Assembly (NCBI RefSeq): GCF_000009045.1
Contig: NC_000964.3
Span: forward strand, 1,590,001 to 1,622,000
Source of the DNA: Bacillus subtilis subsp. subtilis str. 168
GTDB lineage: Bacteria; Bacillota; Bacilli; Bacillales; Bacillaceae
Reading direction: 5' to 3'
Length of the DNA stretch: 32,000 nt
This document shows positions 1 to 9,282 of the stretch, one piece after another. How positions within the stretch are numbered: the stretch's first letter is position 1; each line of letters opens with the position of its first letter. The notes below the pieces were generated by a model. That model was not told where the DNA came from and did no database searches. It worked only from the letters and a program-made list of their open reading frames with translations. Position numbers and translations under genes: made by a program.

Positions 1-256
1 ACCTTATATGAAGCATGTCAAAGCAGTGCTTACATTTGGCCAGACGGCGCCAAAACTCGAGAAACTCGGCAATGAACTGGGAATACAACATGTCAAACGT
101 GTCGATAATGTTGAACAAGCAGTATCTGCGGCGTTTGCGCTCTCAAATGAAGGAGATGTCATCCTGCTGTCACCCGCGTGTGCGAGCTGGGATCAATTCA
201 AAACATTTGAAGAACGCGGTGACATGTTTATAGATGCCGTGCATATGCTTAAGTAA
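1..256 (+). CDS. murD: UDP-N-acetylmuramoyl-L-alanine--D-glutamate ligase MurD, C-terminal fragment (5' end outside window)
   Basis: The frame is open from the window edge to the stop at 254-256. The C-terminal Mur-ligase tail '[24 protein letters not shown]' is recognisable. It is followed by spoVE-murG, as in the Bacillus dcw cluster. Confidence 0.9.
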   Translation, partial: PYMKHVKAVLTFGQTAPKLEKLGNELGIQHVKRVDNVEQAVSAAFALSNEGDVILLSPACASWDQFKTFEERGDMFIDAVHMLK

Positions 257-316
257 GGGCTTGTCTTGAAGTAAATCGGCAGCCCTAATGACTTTAAGCT
301 TGGGGTGTCGATTGCT

Positions 317-1417
317 TTGACTACTAAAAAAACATCGCCTGATTTGTTATTGGTCATCATTACGTTATTATTATTAACAATCGGATTAATTATGGTGTAC
401 AGTGCGAGTGCGGTATGGGCGGATTATAAATTTGACGACTCATTCTTTTTCGCGAAACGGCAGCTTTTGTTTGCGGGAATCGGCGTCATTGCTATGTTTT
501 TTATCATGAATGTTGATTATTGGACTTGGAGGACATGGTCCAAATTGCTGATGGTTATCTGCTTTTTCCTTCTGGTGCTTGTTTTGATACCGGGCGTCGG
601 AATGGTGCGGAACGGTTCAAGAAGCTGGATCGGAGTCGGAGCATTCAGCATACAGCCTTCAGAGTTTATGAAGCTTGCGATGATTGCATTCCTTGCTAAA
701 TTTCTCTCTGAAAAACAAAAAAACATCACATCGTTCAGACGGGGGTTCGTCCCTGCACTTGGCATCGTGTTTTCAGCATTTTTGATTATCATGTGCCAGC
801 CTGACCTCGGAACGGGGACAGTTATGGTCGGAACTTGTATTGTCATGATTTTTGTAGCCGGCGCACGGATCGCCCATTTCGTCTTTCTCGGGCTGATCGG
901 CCTCAGCGGATTTGTCGGGCTCGTACTATCGGCTCCATATCGGATAAAGCGGATTACCTCATACTTAAATCCATGGGAAGACCCGCTCGGAAGCGGATTT
1001 CAGATCATTCAATCGCTTTATGCAGTGGGGCCCGGCGGGTTGTTCGGAATGGGGCTCGGACAAAGCAGACAGAAGTTCTTTTATCTGCCTGAGCCGCAAA
1101 CAGACTTTATTTTCGCCATCTTGTCAGAGGAGCTGGGCTTTATCGGGGGAACACTTATTTTGCTCCTCTTCAGCGTCCTGCTGTGGAGAGGAATCAGAAT
1201 TGCGCTTGGTGCGCCTGATCTGTACGGAAGCTTTGTCGCAGTCGGCATTATTTCAATGATTGCCATTCAAGTCATGATAAATATCGGCGTAGTCACGGGC
1301 CTGATTCCTGTAACAGGCATCACGCTCCCGTTTCTGAGCTACGGAGGCTCTTCATTGACTCTAATGCTGATGGCAGTTGGTGTGCTGCTGAATGTAAGCC
1401 GCTACTCGAGGTATTAA
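317..1417 (+). CDS. spoVE: SEDS-family (FtsW/RodA-like) stage V sporulation protein E
   Basis: Polytopic membrane protein with SEDS motifs 'QPSEFMKL', 'LPEPQTDFIF' and 'GLIPVTGITLPFLSYGGSS'. I prefer the TTG at 317, which has GGGGTG at 302-307 as SD and gives 366 aa, matching my recollection of B. subtilis SpoVE. The ORF-track start GTG 305 lies inside that SD. Confidence 0.9.
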   Translation: MTTKKTSPDLLLVIITLLLLTIGLIMVYSASAVWADYKFDDSFFFAKRQLLFAGIGVIAMFFIMNVDYWTWRTWSKLLMVICFFLLVLVLIPGVGMVRNGSRSWIGVGAFSIQPSEFMKLAMIAFLAKFLSEKQKNITSFRRGFVPALGIVFSAFLIIMCQPDLGTGTVMVGTCIVMIFVAGARIAHFVFLGLIGLSGFVGLVLSAPYRIKRITSYLNPWEDPLGSGFQIIQSLYAVGPGGLFGMGLGQSRQKFFYLPEPQTDFIFAILSEELGFIGGTLILLLFSVLLWRGIRIALGAPDLYGSFVAVGIISMIAIQVMINIGVVTGLIPVTGITLPFLSYGGSSLTLMLMAVGVLLNVSRYSRY

Positions 1418-1469
1418 CGAATGTATTTCCAAGCCTCCTGTCTAACATGAAGCTTGGAAACAATTGATG

Positions 1470-1510
1470 CGATAACCCTGTCCAACAAAACAGGGTTATC
1501 GTTATGTTAT
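1470..1510 (+). terminator. Terminator-like hairpin downstream of spoVE (weak U tract), preceded by a second hairpin at 1426-1460
   Basis: CGATAACCCTG (1470-1480) pairs with CAGGGTTATCG (1491-1501), followed by TTATGTTAT. Upstream, TTTCCAAGC (1426-1434) pairs with GCTTGGAAA (1452-1460). Confidence 0.45.
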
Positions 1511-1539
1511 AGAGAAACTTAGACTGGGGGAAAAAAGAA

Positions 1540-2631
1540 ATGCGAATTGCAATAAGCGGAGGCGGTACAGGGGGACATATTTATCCTGCTCTTGCTTTTA
1601 TTAAAGAAGTGCAAAGACGTCATCCTAATGTGGAATTTTTATATATCGGAACAGAAAACGGGCTGGAGAAAAAAATTGTTGAGCGGGAGAATATACCGTT
1701 TCGTTCAATTGAAATTACAGGATTTAAAAGAAAATTGTCATTTGAAAATGTCAAGACTGTGATGCGTTTTCTGAAGGGCGTCAAAAAGAGTAAATCGTAT
1801 TTAGCGGAATTTAAGCCCGATGCCGTAATTGGAACGGGCGGTTATGTATGTGGGCCGGTTGTCTATGCCGCTGCGAAAATGGGAATTCCGACTATTGTCC
1901 ACGAACAAAACAGCCTGCCGGGCATCACGAATAAGTTTCTTTCAAAATATGTTAATAAAGTAGCGATTTGTTTTGAAGAAGCGAAATCACATTTTCCTAG
2001 CGAGAAAGTTGTATTTACGGGAAACCCGAGAGCCTCTGAAGTCGTCTCAATAAAGACGGGACGATCATTGGCTGAATTTGGGCTTTCTGAAGACAAAAAA
2101 ACGGTCTTAATTTTCGGCGGAAGCCGAGGCGCTGCACCGATTAACCGCGCTGTCATTGACATGCAGGATGTGCTGAAAACAAGAGACTATCAAGTGCTGT
2201 ATATCACCGGTGAAGTTCACTATGAAAAAGTAATGAATGAGCTGAAAAGCAAGGGTGCCGCTGATAATATGGTCACAAAGCCGTTTCTTCATCAAATGCC
2301 TGAGTATTTAAAGGCCATTGATGTCATTGTGGCCAGAGCCGGTGCGACAACGATTGCCGAAATTACTGCTCTCGGAATCCCAAGTGTTCTGATCCCAAGT
2401 CCATATGTGACAGCGAATCACCAGGAGGTCAATGCGAGGTCTCTTGGCCAGCATGATGCGGCGATTGTACTGAAAGAAACAGAGCTCAGCGGGGAGAAGC
2501 TGATTGAAGCGCTAGACCGGATTGTACTGAATGAGCAAACGTTAAAGGAAATGAGCGAACGAACAAAGTCACTCGGTGTTCCTGACGCGGCTGCCCGTTT
2601 ATACAGCGTACTCGAGGAATTAAAAAAATAG
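1540..2631 (+). CDS. murG: UDP-N-acetylglucosamine--N-acetylmuramyl-(pentapeptide) pyrophosphoryl-undecaprenol GlcNAc transferase
   Basis: N-terminal G-loop '[15 protein letters not shown]', '[17 protein letters not shown]' and 'NHQEVNA'. SD GGGGGA lies upstream of the ATG at 1540. Confidence 0.95.
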   Translation: MRIAISGGGTGGHIYPALAFIKEVQRRHPNVEFLYIGTENGLEKKIVERENIPFRSIEITGFKRKLSFENVKTVMRFLKGVKKSKSYLAEFKPDAVIGTGGYVCGPVVYAAAKMGIPTIVHEQNSLPGITNKFLSKYVNKVAICFEEAKSHFPSEKVVFTGNPRASEVVSIKTGRSLAEFGLSEDKKTVLIFGGSRGAAPINRAVIDMQDVLKTRDYQVLYITGEVHYEKVMNELKSKGAADNMVTKPFLHQMPEYLKAIDVIVARAGATTIAEITALGIPSVLIPSPYVTANHQEVNARSLGQHDAAIVLKETELSGEKLIEALDRIVLNEQTLKEMSERTKSLGVPDAAARLYSVLEELKK

Positions 2632-2662
2632 TAGAAAAGCAAATGGAATGCGGAGGTTTACG

Positions 2663-3574
2663 ATGGAGAAAGTGATACAGGAATTAAAAGAACGAGAAGT
2701 CGGCAAGGTTCTTGCAAATGAACCGCTCGCGAATCATACAACGATGAAAATCGGCGGACCTGCGGATGTATTGGTCATTCCAAGCAGTGTGGATGCTGTT
2801 AAAGACATCATGGACGTGATTAAAAAATATGATGTGAAGTGGACAGTCATCGGCCGCGGATCAAATCTTCTTGTTTTAGATGAAGGAATTAGAGGCGTAG
2901 TGATCAAGCTGGGGGCGGGTCTTGACCATTTGGAGCTTGAAGGGGAACAAGTAACAGTCGGAGGCGGTTATTCGGTGGTCCGCCTTGCTACATCATTGAG
3001 CAAAAAAGGCCTGTCCGGTTTGGAATTTGCTGCCGGCATTCCAGGATCAGTCGGCGGAGCGGTTTATATGAATGCCGGCGCTCACGGTTCTGATATGAGC
3101 GAGATCCTCGTCAAAGCGCATATTTTATTTGAAGACGGAACGATTGAGTGGCTGACAAATGAGCAGATGGATTTCAGCTACAGGACATCTGTACTGCAAA
3201 AGAAACGCCCGGGCGTTTGCCTTGAAGCTGTTTTGCAGCTTGAGCAGAAGGATAAGGAATCAATCGTTCAGCAAATGCAAAGCAATAAAGACTATAGAAA
3301 AAATACACAGCCGTATTCAAGCCCTTGTGCGGGAAGCATATTCAGAAATCCGCTTCCGAATCATGCCGGGAACCTTGTAGAAAAAGCAGGCTTGAAAGGA
3401 TATCAAATCGGCGGTGCAAAGATATCGGAGATGCACGGAAACTTCATCGTCAATGCGGGGGGAGCATCAGCAAAAGATGTGCTTGATCTCATTGACCATG
3501 TGAAAAAGACAATCCGTGAAAAATACGAGATTGATATGCACACAGAGGTTGAAATCATCGGCGGAAATCGCTGA
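2663..3574 (+). CDS. murB: UDP-N-acetylenolpyruvoylglucosamine reductase
   Basis: FAD-binding PCMH-type motifs '[10 protein letters not shown]' and 'GRGSNLLV', plus 'AGSIFRNP'. The ATG at 2663 sits 6 nt after GGAGG (2652-2656). The track start at 2648 precedes the SD. Confidence 0.95.
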   Translation: MEKVIQELKEREVGKVLANEPLANHTTMKIGGPADVLVIPSSVDAVKDIMDVIKKYDVKWTVIGRGSNLLVLDEGIRGVVIKLGAGLDHLELEGEQVTVGGGYSVVRLATSLSKKGLSGLEFAAGIPGSVGGAVYMNAGAHGSDMSEILVKAHILFEDGTIEWLTNEQMDFSYRTSVLQKKRPGVCLEAVLQLEQKDKESIVQQMQSNKDYRKNTQPYSSPCAGSIFRNPLPNHAGNLVEKAGLKGYQIGGAKISEMHGNFIVNAGGASAKDVLDLIDHVKKTIREKYEIDMHTEVEIIGGNR

Positions 3575-3621
3575 TTCAAGTTCTGACTGAAGCTGTTCAT
3601 ATGATATACTGTAAGCAAACG

Positions 3622-3653
3622 ACAAACGGCATCATAGTATGCCGTTTGTTTTG
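3622..3653 (+). terminator. Intrinsic terminator after murB
   Basis: ACAAACGGCAT (3622-3632) pairs with ATGCCGTTTGT (3639-3649), followed by TTTTGG. Confidence 0.75.
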
Positions 3654-3703
3654 GAATAGACAGACTTTTAACAGCTGTTTCATTTGAATGAGGTGAACAG
3701 GCA

Positions 3704-4495
3704 ATGAACCCGGGTCAAGACCGAGAAAAAATCGTTAACATTGAAGAGCGGATCCCTAAAATTAAAGAGCAGAGGAAACAAAAGGCAAACCGCCGTCTCA
3801 TTTCATTTATTATGCTCTTTTTTATTATGGTGCTGATCATTGTGTACCTGCAAACACCAATCAGTAAAGTATCAACAATCTCTGTTACAGGGAATGAAAA
3901 TGTATCAAAAAAGGAAATTATCGACCTTTCCGATATTAACAGCGGAGATACTGAGTTTTGGAGTTTGGACAAGCAAAAAACAGAAAAGAAGATTCAGCAA
4001 AATAAATTAGTGAAAAAAGCGGAGATCAGCAAATCGCTTCCTAATAAAATCAACATTGCAATCGAAGAATATAAAGCGATTGCTTATTTAGAAAAAGACG
4101 ATGTGTACTATGAAGTGCTTGAAAACGGCTCAGTTCTGCCAAACGAAGTAACGCCGGATGATGCCGGACCGATTTTAGTGAATTGGACAAACGCGAAGAA
4201 GCGGTCTCAAATGGCCAAGCAGCTCGATGCGTTGTCAAATTCGTTAAAACAGTCGATTTCAGAAATTTATTATACGCCTGTAAAAATGGATGAAAACCGT
4301 ATTAAGTTGTACATGAACGACGGTTATGTTGTTACGGCATCTATTAAAACGTTTGCAGACCGAATGAAGACGTATCCTTCTATCATCTCACAGCTAAGCA
4401 GCAATAAAAAAGGAATCATTCATTTAGAAGTTGCCACCTATTTTGAAGAGTTTGGGAAAAACGATAAAGCTGCTAAAAAGGAAGATGAAAATTGA
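3704..4495 (+). CDS. divIB: Cell-division initiation protein DivIB (FtsQ-like, bitopic)
   Basis: Basic cytoplasmic N-terminus, a single TM segment 'LISFIMLFFIMVLIIVYL', then a POTRA-like 'ISVTGNENVSKKEI' and beta domain. SD GAGGTG lies upstream. Its position between murB and ftsA fits. Confidence 0.92.
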   Translation: MNPGQDREKIVNIEERIPKIKEQRKQKANRRLISFIMLFFIMVLIIVYLQTPISKVSTISVTGNENVSKKEIIDLSDINSGDTEFWSLDKQKTEKKIQQNKLVKKAEISKSLPNKINIAIEEYKAIAYLEKDDVYYEVLENGSVLPNEVTPDDAGPILVNWTNAKKRSQMAKQLDALSNSLKQSISEIYYTPVKMDENRIKLYMNDGYVVTASIKTFADRMKTYPSIISQLSSNKKGIIHLEVATYFEEFGKNDKAAKKEDEN

Positions 4496-5187
4496 GGGGC
4501 AAATCAGCAGTCCTTCTTTCCTTGATTATGCTTATCGCAGGTTTTTTGATTTCATTTTCTTTTCAAATGACAAAAGAAAACAACAAAAGCGCGGCTGAGA
4601 CGGAAGAGTGGAAAAAAGAATATGCGCTGAGAGATGAACTGCTGAAACAAGAGAAAGAAAATAAGAAGTTTGAAAAAGAATTATATCAAAAGCAAAACAA
4701 AGTCCGCCAGGCGGAAAATAAGCTGAAGAAAGAGAAGTCGGAATACTATAATGTCCTCGAAGATACAGAAAAATACAGGATGTATATTGGGGAAGTCGGT
4801 GTGCAGGGAGAAGGCGTTGAGGTGACATTGGAAGATGCGTCATACATACCGGAAGGGGAGAATGTGAATAGTTACATCGTTCACGAAAGCCATATCTTCC
4901 AAGTAGTAAACGAACTGTATATCTCAGGAGCGGCAGCTGTCGCCGTTAATGGACAGCGTTTGACGCATGATTCGTATATCAAATGCAATGGTCCTGTGGT
5001 AACGGTAGACGGGGTGCAGCATCCCGCTCCGTTTACGGTATCCGCTATTGGAGATCCAGATGTCCTGCTGCCCTCGTTAAATATCGCTGGAGGCCTAATT
5101 GATCAGCTGTCAATGGATCATATTTCTGTGTCGGCAGAAAAAGAGAAAAACGTACAAATGAAACCGATTCTGAAAACGAAGGAATGA
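4492..5187 (+). CDS. ylxW: DUF881-family membrane-anchored protein (function unknown)
   Basis: The TTG start overlaps the divIB stop (TTGA, 4492-4495). It has an N-terminal TM helix, a K/E-rich coiled-coil stretch and a C-terminal domain paralogous to the next gene: 'GEGVEVTL...VNEL..GA..VNG.R......VDG...PFTV.AIGDPDVL'. Confidence 0.85.
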   Translation: MRGKSAVLLSLIMLIAGFLISFSFQMTKENNKSAAETEEWKKEYALRDELLKQEKENKKFEKELYQKQNKVRQAENKLKKEKSEYYNVLEDTEKYRMYIGEVGVQGEGVEVTLEDASYIPEGENVNSYIVHESHIFQVVNELYISGAAAVAVNGQRLTHDSYIKCNGPVVTVDGVQHPAPFTVSAIGDPDVLLPSLNIAGGLIDQLSMDHISVSAEKEKNVQMKPILKTKE

Positions 5188-5209
5188 CTGAAAAAGCGGG
5201 TGAAATAGA

Positions 5210-5917
5210 TTGAAAATAAAGCGTTCCTTCATAAGCATCAGTGTTCTTATGGTCATCTTCGGCCTGATGATATCTGTTCAGTTTAATTCGTTAAAGCACC
5301 CCAAAGTCCGGGATACAAGAGATATGTGGGATATTAGGGAAGAGCTGACATCAGAGCAGAAGAAGCAGGAAAAGCTGCTGGCTGAAATAAACAAATATGA
5401 CAAATTGCTGAATAGCTATTCGCAAACGAAAGAAATGACAAAAGAAACCGCGCTAAATAATACCTTGCAATCCTTAAAAAAAACAGCCGGCATGACCGAT
5501 ATAACAGGTAGCGGAATTGTCATTACGATTTCCCCGCTTTTTTCTGAAAGCTTAACAGGAGAGCCGATCGAAAATCCGCCTCCGGATTTGCTGAAAAAGC
5601 TGATAAATGAACTCAACTCCTACGGTGCAGAGCATATCTCGATTAATGAGCGAAGAGTTGTGAATCATACAGTCATCAGAGATATAAACGGCACTACAAA
5701 AATAGACGGATACGCCCTTGACGATTATCCTTTAACAGTAAAAGTGCTTGCCAAAGATCCGGACATGTTACACAGCAGAGTGAAGGGGTCAGGCCTTGAG
5801 GATCTTTTTGCATCTGAAAATTTAGCATTAAAAGCCGGTAAATCTGAAAGCAAACTAACATTAAAAGCATATGACAGACCACTGGACGTACAACAGCTGA
5901 AACTGCTTAAAGACTGA
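5210..5917 (+). CDS. ylxX: DUF881-family membrane-anchored protein, paralogue of ylxW (function unknown)
   Basis: TTG start, an N-terminal TM helix 'SISVLMVIFGLMISVQF', and a C-terminal 'GSGIVITI...INEL..GAEHISINERR.....IDG...PLTVKVLAKDPDML' that aligns to YlxW. Confidence 0.85.
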   Translation: MKIKRSFISISVLMVIFGLMISVQFNSLKHPKVRDTRDMWDIREELTSEQKKQEKLLAEINKYDKLLNSYSQTKEMTKETALNNTLQSLKKTAGMTDITGSGIVITISPLFSESLTGEPIENPPPDLLKKLINELNSYGAEHISINERRVVNHTVIRDINGTTKIDGYALDDYPLTVKVLAKDPDMLHSRVKGSGLEDLFASENLALKAGKSESKLTLKAYDRPLDVQQLKLLKD

Positions 5918-5934
5918 AAAGGAGGAGAATTGTC

Positions 5935-6300
5935 ATGTGGCTGCCCGTGTTGGGACTGGTGCTCGGAATAGCGATTGGACTAATGACAAACTTAACGATA
6001 CCGAGTGAATACTCAAACTATTTATCGCTTGCGGTGCTTGCCGCACTTGATACATTAATCGGCGGAATCAGGGCGCATTTACAAGGTACATATGATGAAA
6101 TGGTATTTGTTTCCGGTTTCTTTTTTAATATTATATTGGCAATAAGTTTAGCTTTTCTGGGAGTCCATCTTGGTGTAGACTTGTATTTAGCAGGTATATT
6201 CGCATTTGGAGTCAGATTATTTCAGAATATAGCCGTTATCAGAAGAAATCTACTAACAAAGTGGACTCTTTCTAAAAAAAATAAAAAAAATGTGATATAA
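5935..6300 (+). CDS. sbp: Small basic integral membrane protein (DUF1290-like)
   Basis: 121 aa with hydrophobic helices and a Lys-rich tail 'TLSKKNKKNVI'. SD AAGGAGGAG lies upstream of the ATG at 5935. It sits immediately upstream of ftsA, as in B. subtilis. Confidence 0.85.
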   Translation: MWLPVLGLVLGIAIGLMTNLTIPSEYSNYLSLAVLAALDTLIGGIRAHLQGTYDEMVFVSGFFFNIILAISLAFLGVHLGVDLYLAGIFAFGVRLFQNIAVIRRNLLTKWTLSKKNKKNVI

Positions 6301-6301
6301 A

Positions 6302-6330
6302 AGAGGATATACATAGGATATAACGAATAT
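6302..6330 (+). promoter_or_regulatory. SigH-type promoter upstream of ftsA
   Basis: AGAGGATAT (-35, AGGA at 6304-6307), an 11-nt gap, then AACGAATAT (GAAT at 6325-6328). This fits the SigH consensus RNAGGAWWW-N11-12-RNNGAATWW and agrees with the reported SigH-dependent ftsAZ promoter. Confidence 0.6.
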
Positions 6331-6411
6331 TTTCAATAAACATAAAATGTGAAAAGCACATAAAAATATTCTGTTGTTATTTTTTGTTACACACTTGTAA
6401 AGCCACATTCA

Positions 6412-6440
6412 TTGTATTGTTGTTCCGCAAATAATAGAAT
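6412..6440 (+). promoter_or_regulatory. Candidate SigA promoter proximal to ftsA
   Basis: TTGTAT (6412-6417), a 17-nt spacer, then TAGAAT (6435-6440), about 34 nt upstream of the ftsA ATG. Confidence 0.4.
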
Positions 6441-6473
6441 AGAAATGATCGAAATGTGAGGAGGTGCCATAGA

Positions 6474-7796
6474 ATGAACAACAATGAACTTTACGTCAGT
6501 CTTGACATCGGTACGTCCAATACAAAAGTGATCGTCGGAGAAATGACAGATGATTCCCTTAATATTATCGGTGTGGGAAATGTACCGTCTGAAGGGTTGA
6601 AAAAAGGCTCAATCGTTGATATAGATGAGACCGTTCATTCTATAAGAAAAGCGTTTGACCAAGCTGAAAGAATGGTAGGTTTTCCGCTTAGAAAAGCTAT
6701 TGTCGGCGTTAATGGAAATTATATCAATATTCAAGATACAAACGGTGTTGTAGCAGTTTCCAGTGAAAATAAAGAAATTCAGGTTGAAGATGTACGCCGT
6801 GTCATGGAGGCGGCACAGGTTGTTTCCGTACCGCATGAACAGCTGATTGTTGACGTCATTCCTAAACAGTTTATCGTAGATGGAAGAGATGAAATCACCG
6901 ACCCGAAAAAAATGCTGGGTGTGCGTTTAGAAGTAGAGGGCACCTTGATCACCGGTTCAAAAACAATCTTACATAACTTACTCCGCTGCGTTGAAAGAGC
7001 TGGTATTGAAATAACTGATATTTGCCTTCAGCCGCTGGCAGCCGGTTCTGCTGCATTATCAAAGGACGAGAAAAACCTTGGTGTGGCTCTCATTGATATA
7101 GGGGGAGGGTCAACAACCATTGCCGTATTCCAGAACGGACATCTCACTTCTACCCGTGTCATTCCTCTCGGAGGCGAAAATATCACCAAAGATATCTCCA
7201 TCGGATTGAGAACGTCAACAGAAGAAGCAGAACGCGTGAAAAAGCAACTTGGACATGCCTACTATGACGAAGCCTCGGAAGATGAAATATTTGAGGTAAC
7301 CGTTATAGGCACCAATCAAAAACAAACATTTACACAGCAAGAAGCAGCGAATATCATTGAAGCGAGAGTAGAGGAAATTCTTGAAATTGTTTCAGAAGAG
7401 CTTCGCAGTATGGGAATTACCGATCTGCCGGGAGGCTTCGTGCTGACAGGAGGACAAGCAGCTATGCCGGGTGTCATGTCTTTGGCACAGGATGTGCTGC
7501 AAAACAATGTCAGAGTGGCAAGCCCGAATTATATCGGTGTAAGAGATCCTCAATATATGACGGGAGTGGGCCTGATCCAATTCGCCTGCCGGAATGCAAG
7601 AATCCAAGGCAGAAAAATAGGCTTTAAGATGCCTGAAGAAGCGATACAGGAAATCGCAGTCTCATCATCTGAGGAACAAGAGCAGCATCATCACCAAAAT
7701 GAGGTGCAGCAGCGGCCAAAAGGAAAACAAAAAACACAAGCCGAACATAATAAACAGAGCAAAATGAAAAAACTATTAAGCATGTTTTGGGAATAG
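6474..7796 (+). CDS. ftsA: Actin-like cell-division protein FtsA
   Basis: Actin-fold phosphate motifs 'SLDIGTSNTKV' and 'LIDIGGGSTT', and a C-terminal amphipathic membrane-targeting tail 'KMKKLLSMFWE'. The ATG at 6474 follows GAGGAGG (6458-6464). The track start GTG 6456 is upstream of the SD. Confidence 0.95.
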   Translation: MNNNELYVSLDIGTSNTKVIVGEMTDDSLNIIGVGNVPSEGLKKGSIVDIDETVHSIRKAFDQAERMVGFPLRKAIVGVNGNYINIQDTNGVVAVSSENKEIQVEDVRRVMEAAQVVSVPHEQLIVDVIPKQFIVDGRDEITDPKKMLGVRLEVEGTLITGSKTILHNLLRCVERAGIEITDICLQPLAAGSAALSKDEKNLGVALIDIGGGSTTIAVFQNGHLTSTRVIPLGGENITKDISIGLRTSTEEAERVKKQLGHAYYDEASEDEIFEVTVIGTNQKQTFTQQEAANIIEARVEEILEIVSEELRSMGITDLPGGFVLTGGQAAMPGVMSLAQDVLQNNVRVASPNYIGVRDPQYMTGVGLIQFACRNARIQGRKIGFKMPEEAIQEIAVSSSEEQEQHHHQNEVQQRPKGKQKTQAEHNKQSKMKKLLSMFWE

Positions 7797-7831
7797 ATAG
7801 ATAGTCATTCGGCAGATTAGGAGGATTTAGC

Positions 7832-8980
7832 ATGTTGGAGTTCGAAACAAACATAGACGGCTTAGCATCAATTAAAGTAATCGGAGTAGGAGGCGGCGGT
7901 AACAACGCCGTTAACCGAATGATTGAAAATGAAGTGCAAGGAGTAGAGTATATCGCGGTAAACACGGACGCTCAAGCTCTTAACCTGTCAAAAGCAGAAG
8001 TGAAAATGCAAATCGGCGCAAAGCTGACTAGAGGATTGGGAGCAGGTGCGAATCCGGAAGTCGGGAAAAAAGCCGCTGAAGAAAGCAAAGAGCAGATTGA
8101 AGAAGCACTTAAAGGTGCTGACATGGTATTCGTGACAGCTGGTATGGGCGGCGGAACAGGAACAGGTGCCGCACCGGTTATCGCACAAATCGCGAAAGAC
8201 TTAGGCGCATTAACAGTCGGCGTTGTGACAAGACCGTTTACCTTCGAAGGACGCAAAAGACAGCTTCAGGCTGCAGGCGGAATCTCGGCAATGAAAGAAG
8301 CGGTGGATACACTGATCGTGATCCCGAACGACCGTATCCTTGAAATTGTTGATAAAAACACACCGATGCTTGAAGCATTCCGCGAAGCGGATAACGTACT
8401 TCGCCAAGGGGTTCAAGGTATTTCTGACTTGATTGCTACACCTGGTCTTATCAACCTTGACTTTGCTGATGTGAAAACAATCATGTCAAACAAAGGATCT
8501 GCTTTGATGGGTATCGGTATTGCTACTGGGGAAAATCGCGCGGCAGAGGCAGCAAAAAAAGCAATTTCCAGCCCGCTTCTTGAAGCGGCCATTGACGGTG
8601 CGCAAGGCGTCCTCATGAACATCACTGGAGGAACAAACCTCAGCCTATATGAGGTTCAGGAAGCAGCAGACATTGTCGCTTCGGCGTCTGATCAAGACGT
8701 AAACATGATTTTCGGTTCTGTTATTAATGAAAATCTAAAAGATGAGATTGTGGTGACAGTGATTGCAACCGGCTTTATCGAACAAGAGAAGGACGTGACG
8801 AAGCCTCAGCGTCCAAGCTTAAATCAAAGCATCAAAACACACAATCAAAGTGTTCCGAAGCGTGAGCCAAAACGTGAGGAACCTCAGCAGCAGAACACAG
8901 TAAGCCGTCATACTTCACAGCCGGCTGATGATACGCTTGACATCCCGACATTCTTAAGAAACCGTAATAAACGCGGCTAA
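7832..8980 (+). CDS. ftsZ: Tubulin-like cell-division GTPase FtsZ
   Basis: Tubulin signature '[10 protein letters not shown]', 'NTDAQAL', and the conserved C-terminal peptide '[17 protein letters not shown]'. SD AGGAGGA lies upstream. Confidence 0.98.
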   Translation: MLEFETNIDGLASIKVIGVGGGGNNAVNRMIENEVQGVEYIAVNTDAQALNLSKAEVKMQIGAKLTRGLGAGANPEVGKKAAEESKEQIEEALKGADMVFVTAGMGGGTGTGAAPVIAQIAKDLGALTVGVVTRPFTFEGRKRQLQAAGGISAMKEAVDTLIVIPNDRILEIVDKNTPMLEAFREADNVLRQGVQGISDLIATPGLINLDFADVKTIMSNKGSALMGIGIATGENRAAEAAKKAISSPLLEAAIDGAQGVLMNITGGTNLSLYEVQEAADIVASASDQDVNMIFGSVINENLKDEIVVTVIATGFIEQEKDVTKPQRPSLNQSIKTHNQSVPKREPKREEPQQQNTVSRHTSQPADDTLDIPTFLRNRNKRG

Positions 8981-8983
8981 TGT

Positions 8984-9025
8984 AAAGGACAAAATCGTTT
9001 TCGATTTTGTCCTTTTTTGTTTTTC
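8984..9025 (+). terminator. Intrinsic terminator after ftsZ
   Basis: AAAGGACAAAATCG (8984-8997) pairs with CGATTTTGTCCTTT (9002-9015), followed by TTTTGTTTTT. Confidence 0.9.
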
Positions 9026-9282
9026 TCTTCACACTTTCCTTCTTATAAAGTCTTTTTCCCTATTGCTTCCTTCGCTTAGTAACAAAACAGATAATTAGAC
9101 CCATTTATTTTTGTGACATTTTTATCATTTTCATATATATGGAAATTGAATGACATGAAACGACAATATCTGTAATTCAGATTGTCTACAGTTAATATAC
9201 AGCGATGTTCTGACAAACCATTCATTATTAAAAGGAGGGACGACACTTTTTTTAAAAAGCATGTTGAAAAAGGGGGATGAAA

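Noticed and set aside
221-249. Possible SigE-type promoter for spoVE inside the murD 3' end (CATATGCT as -10 at 242-249).
   Set aside because: The -10 matches CATACAHT at only 6 of 8 positions. The heptamer at the correct 14-nt spacing (GACATGT) matches the -35 consensus poorly. spoVE is known to be SigE-dependent, but I cannot place the promoter from sequence alone.
6278-6296. Two A8 homopolymer runs at the 3' end of sbp, and a similar A run in spoIIGA near 13868-13876, as possible slippage or phase-variation tracts.
   Set aside because: They simply encode Lys-rich tails (KKNKKN and KKRR) in AT-rich coding sequence. There is no alternative-frame ORF that slippage would unlock and no evidence of variability within a single sequence.
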